Below are positions 13,005-25,144 of a stretch of 64,000 nt of DNA, piece after piece; positions within the stretch are counted from its first letter, which is position 1, and every line of letters starts with the position of its first letter. The DNA is from Heptranchias perlo (taxonomy: Eukaryota), in NCBI RefSeq assembly GCF_035084215.1, contig NW_027139359.1, positions 124,001-188,000 on the forward strand, given 5' to 3'. The notes under the pieces are model-generated. The model made no database searches. It worked only from the letters and a program-made list of their open reading frames with translations, and had not been told where the DNA came from. The position numbers and the translations under genes were made by a program.

Positions 13005-13589
13005 GTAAGCCATTGTAATCGGTTATTTCCCCTTACGAATACTTATGCATTATTGCTGTTTTTGCCTAACAACAATATATATTCCTTTTCTGATGTGTTT
13101 GATGCTGTCGGTAATTACTGTTATCATTTGAATGAAATACATGCTTCCAGTTTTCAGCATTTTCTTAAAATAAAGAGCTTATAGAAAATAAACTTTCCTG
13201 TGAAAGTTTTAAAATGAGCGATTTTAGCGATTTTTCTTCTCCTTTATTAATGGTTCTTCAGATATTGTTGGTTTTATAGTTTCTGCGCTCCTGCCCTACG
13301 CTGGACAAAGAGGACAATTCTGCACCAATAGCCCATGACTGTTGTGCCCAATTTCTTTCACACCACATTTGAGGTAAAGTGGAGAGTGGATTGTCTGCCA
13401 GTTAACGAACACATCCAATTTTCATTCCAATTGAACGCAATGGGCTGAAAATCGGATGTTCTGTAATAAGTGGTTGAACTGCTGGGTCACTTTACAGATC
13501 AAAGTGACAACCTACACCAGGGGGAATTTTAACCTAACTTTCCTGGCCAGAAACCTTTGTAATCGGTTCGGGCGGCCGTATTGCTTCTT

Positions 13590-14046
13590 GTAGGTTAATT
13601 GTAAACTTTGGGTGATGGTATAAAATGAGCGCTATCACATTAGCCGTCCAATATAAACCCTGCCTGATTTTCTGTTCCATTGATGGAATTGGAAGGACAA
13701 ATCGGACGAGAGGTATAATGGAGAGTGAATTTGATGTCACCCATTCCACACCATCGCCAAAAGTTAAAATTCCCCCCAATGGATGGGAATGTTGGGCGAG
13801 ATGTATAATTGATGGTGAATTAGACATCGCCCGTTGCACAACATTCTCTAAAGTTAAAATTACCACTCATTGATGGGAAAATTGGGCGAAATGTGTAATG
13901 GGTGGTTAATTCAATAACACCCGTTTTACACCATCGTCCAAAGTTAAATTGAACCCCAATGGATAGGAACATTGGAGGAGATGTGTAATGGATGGTGAAT
14001 TCAATATCACCCACTTCACAGCATTTCCCAATGTTAAAAATCCCCC
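13590..14046. repeat. MITE whose right arm is tandemly amplified (4 x 90 bp)
   Basis: aagttaaaat-type motif at 13761, 13851, 13941 and 14031; left arm aactttgggtgatggt pairs with accatcgccaaaagtt. Confidence 0.8.
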
Positions 14047-14066
14047 TGCATGACTTTAGCTTTCAA

Positions 14067-14270
14067 AGGGTGAATTTTCAATTTTACAACTGTGGCAAAA
14101 TGTGCGGTATCTGATAGGCTGTGCAGCTGACAGCCCACTCGACCTTCATTTCCACTGAAGTTAAAGGAAAAAAAACGGTGGTCGAGTGAGGGGAGGCCGG
14201 AGCGTAAAACAGGAAGCAGATCCACTACAAGATGGATTTCTGCCCGGCGGTAAAACTGAAAATTCACCCT
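14067..14270. mobile_element. Palindromic MITE
   Basis: Perfect 14-bp TIR agggtgaattttca (14067-14080) / tgaaaattcaccct (14257-14270). Confidence 0.75.
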
Positions 14271-14329
14271 CAGTGAAATCAATGGAAGGTAAAATCTGTT
14301 GAAATTTGAAAACGGCAGCCTTCTGATCC

Positions 14330-14570
14330 AAGCAGTTGCTCAAAATTATCGCAAAGTCTCATCAACCACCGTGCGGGATGTTGTCAGGTCAGAACTAACA
14401 AAGCCTCACTGGGCATCCAGGAAGCACTGTGGGTCACCACAGCAGCAGAATTGTTTCCCGGCACAATCTGTACTCTCATGGTCCGGTACATCCTTTACTC
14501 CTCCATCATCATCAAGGCTGTAGACCGAGCAGGATTTAATTCTGTCTGTCAGGAGCACCATCAGCCTTTT
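14330..14570 (+). mobile_element. Degraded non-LTR retrotransposon ORF2 fragment
   Basis: cacaatctgtactctcatggtccggtacatcc is similar to 18500-18560. Confidence 0.5.
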
Positions 14571-14699
14571 GTGAGACACAATTTTGTTTCATTTACTGTC
14601 GCTATATGGGAGACGCTAGCAAGGCCACAATTATTGTGCAGTCCTGGTTTCCTGTAAAAGAATTATTGGGCCTTCTTCTTGAACAGCAACTTTTTTACA

Positions 14700-14950
14700 A
14701 CGGTGTTGTTTCGACACCACTTCAGAGGGCATTGACTCGTTTAGGTAGTGGGGGCCATACCGAGCGGGGGTGGTTGATCCCCATCCCCGAAGGGCAGTAG
14801 TAAGCCAAGGGATTTTTTGTGAAATCTGCCATTCTCATTCTTATTTGTTCTTCTTCTGGTGCTAGCACACAGATTACTTCATTAATTGAACGTGTCATGT
14901 TGGGATGTGAACTTCTGACCTCTGGCTGGTGCCAGAATAACTGTACATAC
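14700..14950 (-). mobile_element. Degraded SINE related to 48-196/2896-3135
   Basis: Reverse-strand similarity to the SINE body and B-box region (gggatgtgaac). Confidence 0.4.
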
Positions 14951-15157
14951 CAAATTAACCTTCTGCCCGAATGAAGAATGGGACATCATTCACCATTTTC
15001 CAGCAGTGTTTTATTATGTATTTGTAACTGAAACACATTCCAGATTGAAACATTTTGCTTTTATATTGTACCATAATACCAGGTATCATTGAGAAACGTA
15101 ACCAAGTTGTTTGCAGAGAGCGCAGCACTAAGATCGGAATATGGTAGTGGTTTTAAT

Positions 15158-15330
15158 GGGAGTAATTTTAGATTTGGGCGTTAGAGTAAAATGGGCAATA
15201 TCGAATGTGCTCGCATCATTTTTTTCTTCAATTGACTTCAATGGCAAGGAAAATCGGAAGTAGTGTATGAAGGACGGCTATTTTGATATCGACCATTTTT
15301 CTTTATCTCCGAAAGATAAAATGATCTCCA
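15158..15330. mobile_element. Palindromic MITE
   Basis: Degenerate TIRs ggagtaattttag / ataaaatgatctcc; central attgacttcaatgg. Confidence 0.6.
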
Positions 15331-15464
15331 ATGTGTTTGTCAATTCGAGCAGATGGGGTATTACATTGTGAATTCTATTATCGCATGATTAGGTAACAAT
15401 GCAATATCAATCGGATTATTTGTAATAACGGTATATGGACTGTACAGTTGGTTCACGACAACAT

Positions 15465-15618
15465 GGGGGTAAGTTCAACTTTAGTGACAGCATAAACCTG
15501 ACAAAATCAGATCAGTCGCCCACTGAACTCAATGGAAAGGATTCGGAAGTAGTGTGTGTACTGGCCAGCGAATTCGATGTCCGCCGGTTTACACTACCAC
15601 TAAAGTTGAAATTATCCA
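15465..15618. mobile_element. Palindromic MITE
   Basis: ttcaactttagtg / cactaaagttgaa inverted repeat; central cactgaactcaatgg. Confidence 0.65.
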
Positions 15619-15902
15619 TAATATGTGTTCCTCAATTGTTTGTGACGACCTTTGCAAGTAAGTGAGTGTAAATTGACGTAATCTGGGCAATTCCCTCCAT
15701 ACAAATTCAAAAAATAAATTAGAAAACTTCTGACCATAAAGTATTCGTCTTACCAGAATTTGAGCTTTCATAAGCTGTAGAAAACGCTTAGGTTCAGTGA
15801 CAGGAACAGAAAATAAAACATCACTGTGATTTTACACACAGTGCTAACCGTTGTCTTTCGTCAACACTAAATAATTTCGGCGTTGTGTTTCTTGTTTTGC
15901 AG

Positions 15903-16807
15903 CTAATTTAATGACGATTGTGATTCTCTCCAGGGGAAAGTGCGGTCTCTCCAAATGCATCACTCGCTATCTGGTTGCCATGGCAACGGCCGATCTACTG
16001 GTCATAATATTTGATGTGATACTGTATGCGATCAACGATATTTATTTCCCATATTCATTCCTGAACTACACTTGTGTCTGCAGAATCAATCTCCCTCTGA
16101 TTTATTTTGCCATTGATTGCTCAGTGTGGTTAACAGTGACTTTCACCTTGGATCGCTTTGTAGCCATTTGTTGCCGGAATTTGAGAACTAAATATTGTAC
16201 CGAAAAAACCGCCGCTCTGGTTATAGTGACAGTTTGTGGACTGAGCTTTTTAGAAAATCTTCCAATTTATTTTATATTTGAACCCAGTGAAATAATTGAC
16301 AACACCTCGTGGTTCTGTAATGTTCAGTCAAACTTTTATACCTCTCCCGCCTGGATAGCCTACCTCTGGTTAGACAGTATTTTAACCCCATTTGCTCCAT
16401 TCGTTTTGATTTTCCTCCTCAATGCTTTGACCATCAGGCATATTTTAGCAGCTAATATTATCCGTAGGGGACTGCAAGGTAACAATGGTGAGAATCAAAA
16501 TGATCCAGAGATGAGGAATCGAAGAAAATCGATCATCTTACTACTCGCCATTTCTGGCAATTTTGTACTGTTGTGGATGCTAACTCTGATGTATTACATG
16601 TGTGTACAAATTGCAGACTCGCAGTTTTTGCAGACAGATTACACCGACTCTTTCACTAGCATGGAAAAAGCAGGTTATCTGCTGCAGCGGTTCAGTTCCT
16701 GCAGTAACACAATTATTTATGCAGTGGCTCAAACTAAATTCAGAGAGGAATTAATGAATACGGTTAAAAGTCCATTTACTTTAATTATTAAGTTAATGAA
16801 ACACTGA
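15903..16807 (+). CDS. GPR139/GPR142-related class A GPCR gene 1, exon 2 (TM1 to C-terminus); intact, 324 aa with exon 1
   Basis: Acceptor ttgttttgcag| then (G)CT AAT TTA ATG; seven hydrophobic segments; ATADLL (D2.50), C3.25, DRF, TPFAPF, FVLLWM, NTIIY, helix 8 KFREEL; no stops. Confidence 0.93.
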
Positions 16808-17589
16808 TACGAACCAGGTTGTTCCATAGCTGACAAGAACATTATTGGGCCACAATTATACATTTCCAATTCATTGCAAATTGCCCAATATCGGGTAGAT
16901 TTTCAATCCAAATGAGCGTTCTATGCTGGGCGAGTGATCAGCATCATCATTTACCACCCACACAGTGAAAGTGGAAATCTACCCCTGGGATACTCATTGG
17001 AGACAGGAAATGTTGCTCTTTTCCGATGAGGTGGCGAAATTGTCTTTGCCAGTCCTCTGAGGAAGAGCTTTCCCATTAGTCCCACTCCCGTTCTGTTTCC
17101 TCATTGCCTTGTAATTTTTGTCCCTTTTAATTAGATATCCGCTTCTCTTTTGAATGGTTTTCGCCAGGAGCGCGAAATGGGCGATAGTGCTCAAAAATCT
17201 TTTCCATGACAAATAAAAACTCTCATCGTATGAAAAGGAATGCGGTTTCCCTATTGCCCGTTTCGGTCTCCTGCTGAAGACCCATTCCCACCCCCAATGT
17301 TTGTGTTCACAAAGTATTCATCTGCACAGTGGGGTAAATCTCTTTACGGTATAACTCATCCTATTCAATACGTCAAAAATTTTTGCACACCAGGAGCGGC
17401 AGAGAACTCGATTGGCACTCCATGGGTTGCCAACTGAGACTGGGATGGGACGAAGCCTTTTGACAGATTCTCACTCAGTTGAGTTCCCAATCCGGTGAAG
17501 CCCGGACTCCAAGGGTGCTGGTTAATGCGAAACATCCAATGTAAATGCAGCATTAGAAATGTTGTTACCCATCGACCCTGCTATCCTAC

Positions 17590-18500
17590 TCGCTGTTAAT
17601 TATAATTCCAAGCTTTGTGTGATGCACAAATTGTGAAATGATGCCCTTTATCCCCAATTGCAGACCATAATGTATATCAAAAAGAGCAGTGGTCCCAATA
17701 CCGACCCCTGGGGACACCAATGCACACTTCCCTCCATTCATTACTACTCTCTCCTTTCTGTCCCTCAGCGAATATCGAATCATTGCTGCCACTGCCCGTT
17801 TAATCCCATGGGCGTCAATTTTTCGAGCAACTCTATTATGTTGTACTTTTCAAAGGCTTTTTGAAATTCCACATCCACAACATGAACTGCACTAATTTCA
17901 TCAAAACTCTCCGTTATTTCATGGAAGAACTCAATCAAGTTAGTCAGACACGATTTGACTTCAACAAATCTGTGTTGGTTTTCATTTGTTAACCCACGTC
18001 CTTCCAAGTGACAATCAATTTTGTCCAAATTATTGTCTCTAGAAGTTCCCCAGCTCTGATGTTAGGCTGACTAGCCTGTAGCCACCTGCTTTATCCCTCA
18101 CCCCTTTTTTGAACAGGGTTGTAACATTTGCAAACCCTATAATCCTCTGGTACCGCTCCCGTGTCCTAGGAAGATTGAAAGATTGTGGCGAGACCTTCCA
18201 CTATCTCCATCCTTACTTCACCCAGTAACGCAGGATGCATCCTATCCGGACTGGGTGACTTTTCTACCTTGAGCGCTGCAAATCATTTAAGTACTTCATT
18301 TTTATCTATTTTTGTCGTATCCAATTTCTCTGCCCTCTCCTCCTTGGAAGCAACCTCCTCTTTAGTGAAGACAGATGCAAAATACACCTTTAGTACCGCA
18401 GCCATGCCCCTGCCTCCATAAGAAGATCTCCTTTTTGGAAACTAATCGGCCACACTCTTCCATTAAGAACCCATTAACTATTTATATATTGATTAATAAC
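17590..18500 (-). mobile_element. Degraded CR1 ORF2 fragment
   Basis: NQHRFVEVKSCLTNLIEFF, EFQKAF on the minus strand. Confidence 0.85.
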
Positions 18501-18730
18501 ATTGTATTCCATCACAATCTGTAACCTCATGGCCCGGCATATCCTTCACTCTACTATTAACACCAAGGCAGGGGATCAACCCTGGTTCAATCAGCAGTGT
18601 AGAAGAGCATGCCAGCAGCAGCAAAAGGCGTGCCTAAACAAGAGGAGACAGCCTGGTGAAGCTACAACACAGGATTACATGCATGCTAAAGAGTGAAAGC
18701 AGCATGCTATAGACAGAGCTAAGCGATCCC
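18500..18730 (+). mobile_element. Non-LTR retrotransposon ORF2 fragment
   Basis: TICNLMARHI...GDQPWFNQQCRRACQ, the PW motif after the APE domain. Confidence 0.65.
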
Positions 18731-19623
18731 CTTTTAACACATGTTACTGGGCACTACTTATGTATTATAAATATCTATCTCGATGTTACAAGGAGGCAGC
18801 GAAACTTCCTCGGACTGGGGCCTCATTGCAATAGTTCTCGGCCATTATAAGTGAGCCACATGTCGAATAGGCCTTTAAAATATGTCCATAAGTTGCATTG
18901 TAATATACGTGTTTCTAATAATTACTTTGAACTGGTATTTTACTGACACCACATCCAGTATATCCAGTCATCCATGTGCCAAACTGCTATAATGTGATCG
19001 ATGCCGGCTGTTTACAACTGATTGCGAGTCCGGTGAGAAATTCTTCCTGATTACATTGTGGCTTAACACAATGTGGCACAGAGTCGCCTTCACCAACACT
19101 CACCGGGACTCGTACTGGGCCAACACCATTACAGTGGCTTCCATCTGTTTCCTCACCCACCATGTGATGCGTCACATTGTCAGTCCTGTCATTACACAAA
19201 TAAACGGTGCAATGTTGCACCATTCAGGTTATTTGTAATAAAGGCGCCAGGTCTGTTTGAACGATGCACATTCTCATTCAAGTTCGTTGGAGTAAACCCG
19301 TAGGGTCTGTATGCATGTTGTTCCACAATATCTGTATTTCCTACCATATTGGGGGACATTTACAACAAAGCAGATATAGATTGAATAAATTCCAGCAAAG
19401 CACTCTGATCCATAATGTCACTTTTCCTATCTCTGGGTGGAATATATTAATGCTTCTAGATACAGATTTGTATTCATCTGTAAATATTCTCTTAATTAAC
19501 ATCGAGACGGATCGGCTTGAGCGAAAACAAGTACAATCCACTATAATATTATTCATGCTTAAACAATGATAATCCTTTTGTGGTGGGAATAAATAATATT
19601 TACTATTTTGCTCTTTCTTGCAG

Positions 19624-20538
19624 CTAATGTAATGACAATTGTGATTCTCTCCAGAGGAAAGTGCGGCCTCTCCAAATGCATAACTCGTTACCTGGTTGCC
19701 ATGGCAGCGGCGGATCTACTGTTCATCAGAGTTAATGTAATACTGTGTGAGATTAATAATAATTATTTTCCAAATTCATTTCTGAACTACACTCCTGTCT
19801 GCAGTTTGATTCTTACCCTGTCTTTTGCTGCCATTGATTGTTCCGTCTGGTTAACAGTCTCTTTCACCTTTGATCGATTTGTGGCCATTTGTTGCCGGAA
19901 GCTGAGACTCAAATATTGCACCGAAAAAACCGCGGCTGTCGTTATAGCAACGGTGTGTGGGCTGAGCTTCGTACAAAACATTCCGCTGTATTTTATATTT
20001 GAACCGCAGAAATTAATTATCAATGAAGATTGGCTCTGTATTGTAAAATTAAGCGTCTATACCTCACCCGTGTGGATAGCAATCTCCTGGTTTGACATTG
20101 TTTTAACCCCATTCGCTCCATTTGTTTGGATTTTGTTATTCAATGCTCTGACCATCAGGCAGATTCTGGTGACGAGTAGAGTTAGGAAGGAACTCAGGTG
20201 CAATAACAGTCGTGAGAATCACACAGATCCAGAGATGGAGACCCGAAGAAAATCCATCATTTTACTGCTCAGCATCTCTTGCAGCTTTATATTGTTATGG
20301 GTCATAACTTTAGCAGATTTTATCTGTGTACAAATTGTAGACTTTCAATTTATATTCACAGATTACAGTGACTCTCTCACCATCATGGAGGAAACTGGGG
20401 TATATGATTCAGAGTTTGAATTGTTGCACCAACACAATTATTTATGCAGTAGGGCAGAATAAATTCAGAGGCGAGCTGAAGGATGTGATTAAGTATCCCT
20501 TCGATCGAATTATTAAGTTTGTGAAATTATTGAAATAA
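19624..20538 (+). pseudogene. GPR139-related GPCR copy 2, main exon, with a +1 frameshift before TM7 (or a homopolymer assembly error)
   Basis: Acceptor tttcttgcag| CT AAT GTA ATG; open through TM6; extra G in GGGG 20397-20400; the shifted frame gives GYMIQSLNCCTNTIIYAVGQNKFRGELKDVIKYPF...TAA at 20538. Confidence 0.88.
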
Positions 20539-21469
20539 CTGATCTCAGTTCTGACTTAAATCAGCCCTTAGATTGTCCAATAGCAATCACGTATACTATC
20601 TAATTCCATTTGCTGTTGTTCGGCATTTTAACATGACGATCGATCTAACAATCTGCTTATCTATCTATCTATATCTAATTGATGAATTTTGTCCAGGGCA
20701 CTGAAAGGACTCTGGATTCTTTTTGATCAGTGCTACTGGTTCTGTAACATAATTCCAAAGAATCATACACCCCATCTGTTTTACATGACTTCCAGATTAA
20801 CAGCGCCTCTCATACTACAGTGCTGCACTGTATTGTCAGTCTGGACCGGGGATTGGCTCAGGGAAAGCAGGCTGCACAGTTAACCAAGTTCACTTATATG
20901 CTGACACCTTGTTTATCCTTTTGGATGAATGGCTTAATTCTTATGTGCTTATTAAGTTAAGTCTTGGTGCGATAACTTTCGATGAATTAAAAAGCAAGAT
21001 GGAGGCTAAATGCTTTTCAAAATTATTTTGAGCAATTTTGTTAAGTTCAATTTCTTCTCACCGTATGTTGTTTGCTGAATCTTTGCTCCCTGTTTGTTGA
21101 TAATGTTCCAATGTCTTCAAGTAATCAGCATTGTTCCTTTAACAGTAAGGTGGGAAGCAGTCACGGCTCCGAGCCACCGTTATAACTATAAGTACTGAGT
21201 TAGCCCTTGGGGAGAGGATGTGGCCTGGGTTGTAGGCTGACTATTGTTTCACAGCTGCTGCCATTGTCGATTGGGGGAGTTAACCGGTGAGGGGCACAAA
21301 ATGGGAGAGCGAGTTCGGAGACTAACATCAGAAAGTGGGTTGAGATTTGGCTCAGGTAAAAAGAAATCAACATTCCACAAAATTGAAGCAGACCAGCGCC
21401 TCCTACCTTGAAATTGAAATATTGGAACTGGGAGGACGGAAGGCTGAGTCGAGAGTGAGGATATTGGAA

Positions 21470-22190
21470 ATGCAATCCTGACAGCTTAAAGCGTTCACTC
21501 AGACATGATCACTATGTGTGAAACCAGGCATGTTAAAAGGTGTAATCGAATGTGTGAGGTGACACTTCCTATAAGATAGTTAAAGGAATAGTGAGGCCGA
21601 ATTGGGACAAAGAAGACAATCTTCTTGTGGAGGTAGAAGGCATGACTGAGGTACTGTATGAATACTTTGTATCTGTCTTCACAAAAGAGGATGACGGTAA
21701 TGTCGCAGTAATGGTGGAGGGAGTCGATATATTGGGATTGGATACAAATAGATAGAAAGGAAGCACTAAAAAAAACTTTCAACCCTCATAGTTAACAACT
21801 CACTCAGTCCAGATGAGCTGCATCCTCTGTTGCTGAGGGAAGCAAGGGTGGAAATAGCAGAAGCTCTGACCACAATCTTACAATTCTCCTTGAATACGGG
21901 AGCGGTACCAGAGGACAGGAGGATTGCAAATGTTTCACCCCAGTCCAAAAGAGGAGAGGGATAAACCTGGTAACTACAGGCCAATCAGTCTAACGTCAGT
22001 CGTGGGAAAACTACAAAAGACCATTGTCAAGGACAAAATTAATTCTTACTTGGAGAAGCATGAATTAATAAGGGACAACAAGCATGGACTTGTTAAAGAC
22101 CTATCGTGTCTGCTTAACCTGATTGAGCTCTTTGATGAAGTGTCAGAGTCTGTTGATGAAGGTAGTGCAGTCGGTATTGTATATAAGGGG
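21470..22190 (+). mobile_element. CR1 ORF2 internal fragment
   Basis: PGNYRPISLTSVVGKL, HGLVKDLSCLLNLIELFDEV. Confidence 0.85.
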
Positions 22191-22639
22191 GTTAAATTCG
22201 ATAACCCCTGAATGTGGTCTCGGGGGTCACGGTGCGCAATTAACCCACACTCGGCCGTTCCGATGCAGGCAGCATGTGAGGTTCACTTCCCTGATTCCAG
22301 CGCGAGCAGCCAGGCCTCGCTGCGTTGTTCAGAGACTTCTCACCAGAAAGGGGATCCAGATATCGTGAGAGTGGCTCGCAGCTCTTAACGGCAGTCTGCA
22401 CCTCTTAAAGGCAGCCTGCACATCTTATTCGCAAAAAAATGAGATACAGGTCCGCACGGAGACTGAATGGAGATCAGACATTGCACACATAAAATACAGG
22501 TGCAGGTTCCATTCCTATGTTTATGAACTGTTGAGCGATGTTAAAACATTGAATGAAGATTGCGCACTGCTAAATCCCACATCCCCCAATCTGCACTCCA
22601 GACCTCACCAATATGCCGATCTGAGTTGGTACCAGGCCT

Positions 22640-22870
22640 GCTAGAAAGCGCGCACCAAGGTTCTCTGATGATGCACTAGAGGCCTTGGCGCAAGAGGTGG
22701 ACAGAAAGAGGGGCATCATATATCTACAGGTGGGGGTTGGGGGAAACAGGACATTCAGACATATATCCAAGAGGCAGTGGGAGGCATTCAATGCCAGGAA
22801 CATAGCACCATGAACATGGATGCAGTGAAGGAAGAGGTTCAATGCTTTGACACGAGTGGTCAAGAATGAG
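22640..22870 (+). mobile_element. PIF/Harbinger relic, Myb/SANT DNA-binding ORF remnant
   Basis: Translation RKRAPRFSDDALEALAQEVDRKRGII...KRQWEA...TWMQ*RKRFNALTRVVK with stops. Confidence 0.7.
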
Positions 22871-23209
22871 GTAAACTCTGCAAGGTGCATCTCCTACCAA
22901 CTGCACAACCAGCCGCATGTACTGCTCCATGCAGTACAACCCCATCACCCATCTCACACCAAACTCTTTCAATCGGTATTCAACGCTTCCAATCAGATGC
23001 TTCCTCTCACTCTTACACATTACAACTGTTGCAAACCTCACAACTACAACTCACAGGTCATACACACTGGCAGCTATTCAATCATGACAGACATATCAAA
23101 CAAACATCCTGCAGGACATTCACGGACATACGACCCGCTTTCTTGCAGGAGAAGTTGGCACATAATGGGATGCAGCAAGTGGCAGTGATGTTTACACCCT
23201 CGATCGTGT

Positions 23210-23460
23210 TCCGCCATTCCATGGTTGATCTGTGACCTAACTCCATATATCCGCCTTAGCCCAATATCCCTTAATAACCTTGGTTAACAAAAATCTATTA
23301 ATCTCAGAATTAAAATTCACAATTGAGCTCGCATCAACTGCAGTTTTCAAAAGAGCGTACTGAACTTCTACCACCCGTTGCATGTAGATTAATATCCTAA
23401 CTTCACTCCTGCAAGTCCTGGCTTTAAATTTTAGGCTATGTCCCCAAGTCCTAGTATTCA
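23210..23460 (-). mobile_element. CR1 3' end fragment
   Basis: TRTWGHSLKF...QRVVEV...KGYWAKADIWS. Confidence 0.8.
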
Positions 23461-23629
23461 AGTAGAGGAGACCTCCAAAAACAGATACAAATGCTTCAAC
23501 AGCCAGAGGCAATAATCCAACAACTAAGCTGTAAATCCTGCATGGTCGCTCTAAAGAACGGTGATCCGGGCGGGAAGCGGGGATGGGGGGTCCTCCAGGA
23601 GGGTTCAAGAGCAGAGGGACCTGGGAGGC

Positions 23630-23870
23630 ATATTCAGAAATTTTTGAAGGTGGCACGGCAAGTTGCCAATGTGGTTAAGAAAGTGTATGGGATAATTGGC
23701 GTTTTATTTAGGGGCACTGAATACAAAAATAAGGAAGTCATGCTAAACCTTTACAGATCAGCTGCAGTATTGTGTGCAATTCTTCACCCACACTTTAGGG
23801 AGGATGTCAAAGGCTTGGAGAGGGGAAAAGGGAAGTTGCCAGGATGATATTAGGGATGAGCGACTTCAGA
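23630..23870 (+). mobile_element. CR1 RT C-terminal fragment
   Basis: LKVARQVANVVKKVYG...RGTEYKNKEVMLNLY. Confidence 0.75.
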
Positions 23871-25144
23871 TTTGTGGAAAGATTTGCGGGTTACTGCCGA
23901 AGTCACGACAGGAAATGAGGAGAACTGCCATGAAAATTCTACCCCAGAAAATTATGTAGTTGGCATGAAAAAATGATTAAACTGATGGATCAATAGCAAA
24001 GGGGTACCATGGTAAAGGGGCACACCAACAAATCAAGAAATGAATGGAACAATGGGCACCAGTGAACTAATAATTCTCCTAGTCAGTAGGCAAAAGCACA
24101 AATCAAGATTTGATGGAACAAAGAGACACCAGGATAGCAGTGAATTAATGAACCATTGGGCACCAATGAATAATGGTCCCTTCCTCCTATTCTTGCATTT
24201 GCTTGAAGCTCCTTCGGTCGCTACCAGCTTTCGTTAGTGTTACCAGCTGATATTTTTGGAAATGCTGAGGGATGATTATATATTTTCTGACTGTAGAAAT
24301 AAATTAAAGAACTTAGTGTTTTTTTTTAGCTAAAACACAAATGAGGCTGTTAGGTTGCTAAAGCCCGTAAACCATTCATTCTTACGATCCCCGTACTTTA
24401 AAATTCAACGTGTGGCCTATCCATCACAAAGAAAGGTAGCAAAGCTCCCAGAGAAAATTAGGGGTGGAGTTAATTAGTTGGTGTAGCAGGGAGGAGGACG
24501 GGACGATTCAGTGGCGTGGGATTTATATCATGGTAGTGGGTTCAGGGTGATGGTGGGATCAGAGGTCATGATAGAGTTAGTGATCATGGTGGGCATAGCA
24601 TTAGAGATCACACGCCAGGGTATGTGAGATCTGAGGGATCAATGGGTCAGAGGTCATGGCAAATGTTTTAAGAGGGGCATGACTTCCAACGCGGCAGGCT
24701 CAAGCGAAACCACTTTCCCACCAGGATGGATAGCCGTACTGATAATTGGGCAACCAGCCACCTTGCCAACATGGAAAGCTAACGTTCGTCCAGGGCCAGA
24801 GGGATATTAGGTTGATTAGATGGTCGGAAATAGCAGGGGACACCTGTAAACGGACAAGAGGGCATAAAACTTGAAAATCAGAACTGAAAATGTGGCGTTG
24901 GGAAACAGATTGAAATTCTCGCGTCTGTACCCTAGTGGCCGAGACCTGCAAGTACAACCTACCTCATTTCATTACAAATATTGTCAAAGGATGCTTCACT
25001 GTCAAAGGTTGACAAATACTGACGTTAGAAAGAACACGCGAAATCATAACTCGTACACTGGAAGAACACATCACAAGCAAGCATTTTAATGATACGTGGA
25101 TATATTGAAACATTGTCAACTGTATTGTTATAATATTAAAATAA

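Noticed and set aside
12818-13018. 66-aa ORF as a standalone protein or longer N-terminus
   Set aside because: It starts at TTG upstream of the TATA box; only 12935-13004 is conserved in the paralogue and it ends at a canonical donor.
15911-16807. Intronless GPCR starting at MTIVILS
   Set aside because: That Met lies inside TM1, copy 3 has Phe there, and all copies have a conserved acceptor about 8 nt upstream.
17010-17070. ccgatga-ggtggc-gaaa hammerhead-like motif
   Set aside because: Stem I cannot close next to the core, and most of the sequence is the reverse of a CR1 tail.
19000-19040. ctgattgcgagtccggtgag as a degraded exon 1 for copy 2
   Set aside because: Wrong phase, no YPILA-like peptide, no ATG at the expected distance and no promoter module; likely chance, though a profile search would settle it.
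23990-24660. Short degenerate direct repeats (gggcacca.tgaa; tcagaggtcatg)
   Set aside because: Irregular period and low complexity; no supportable structure.
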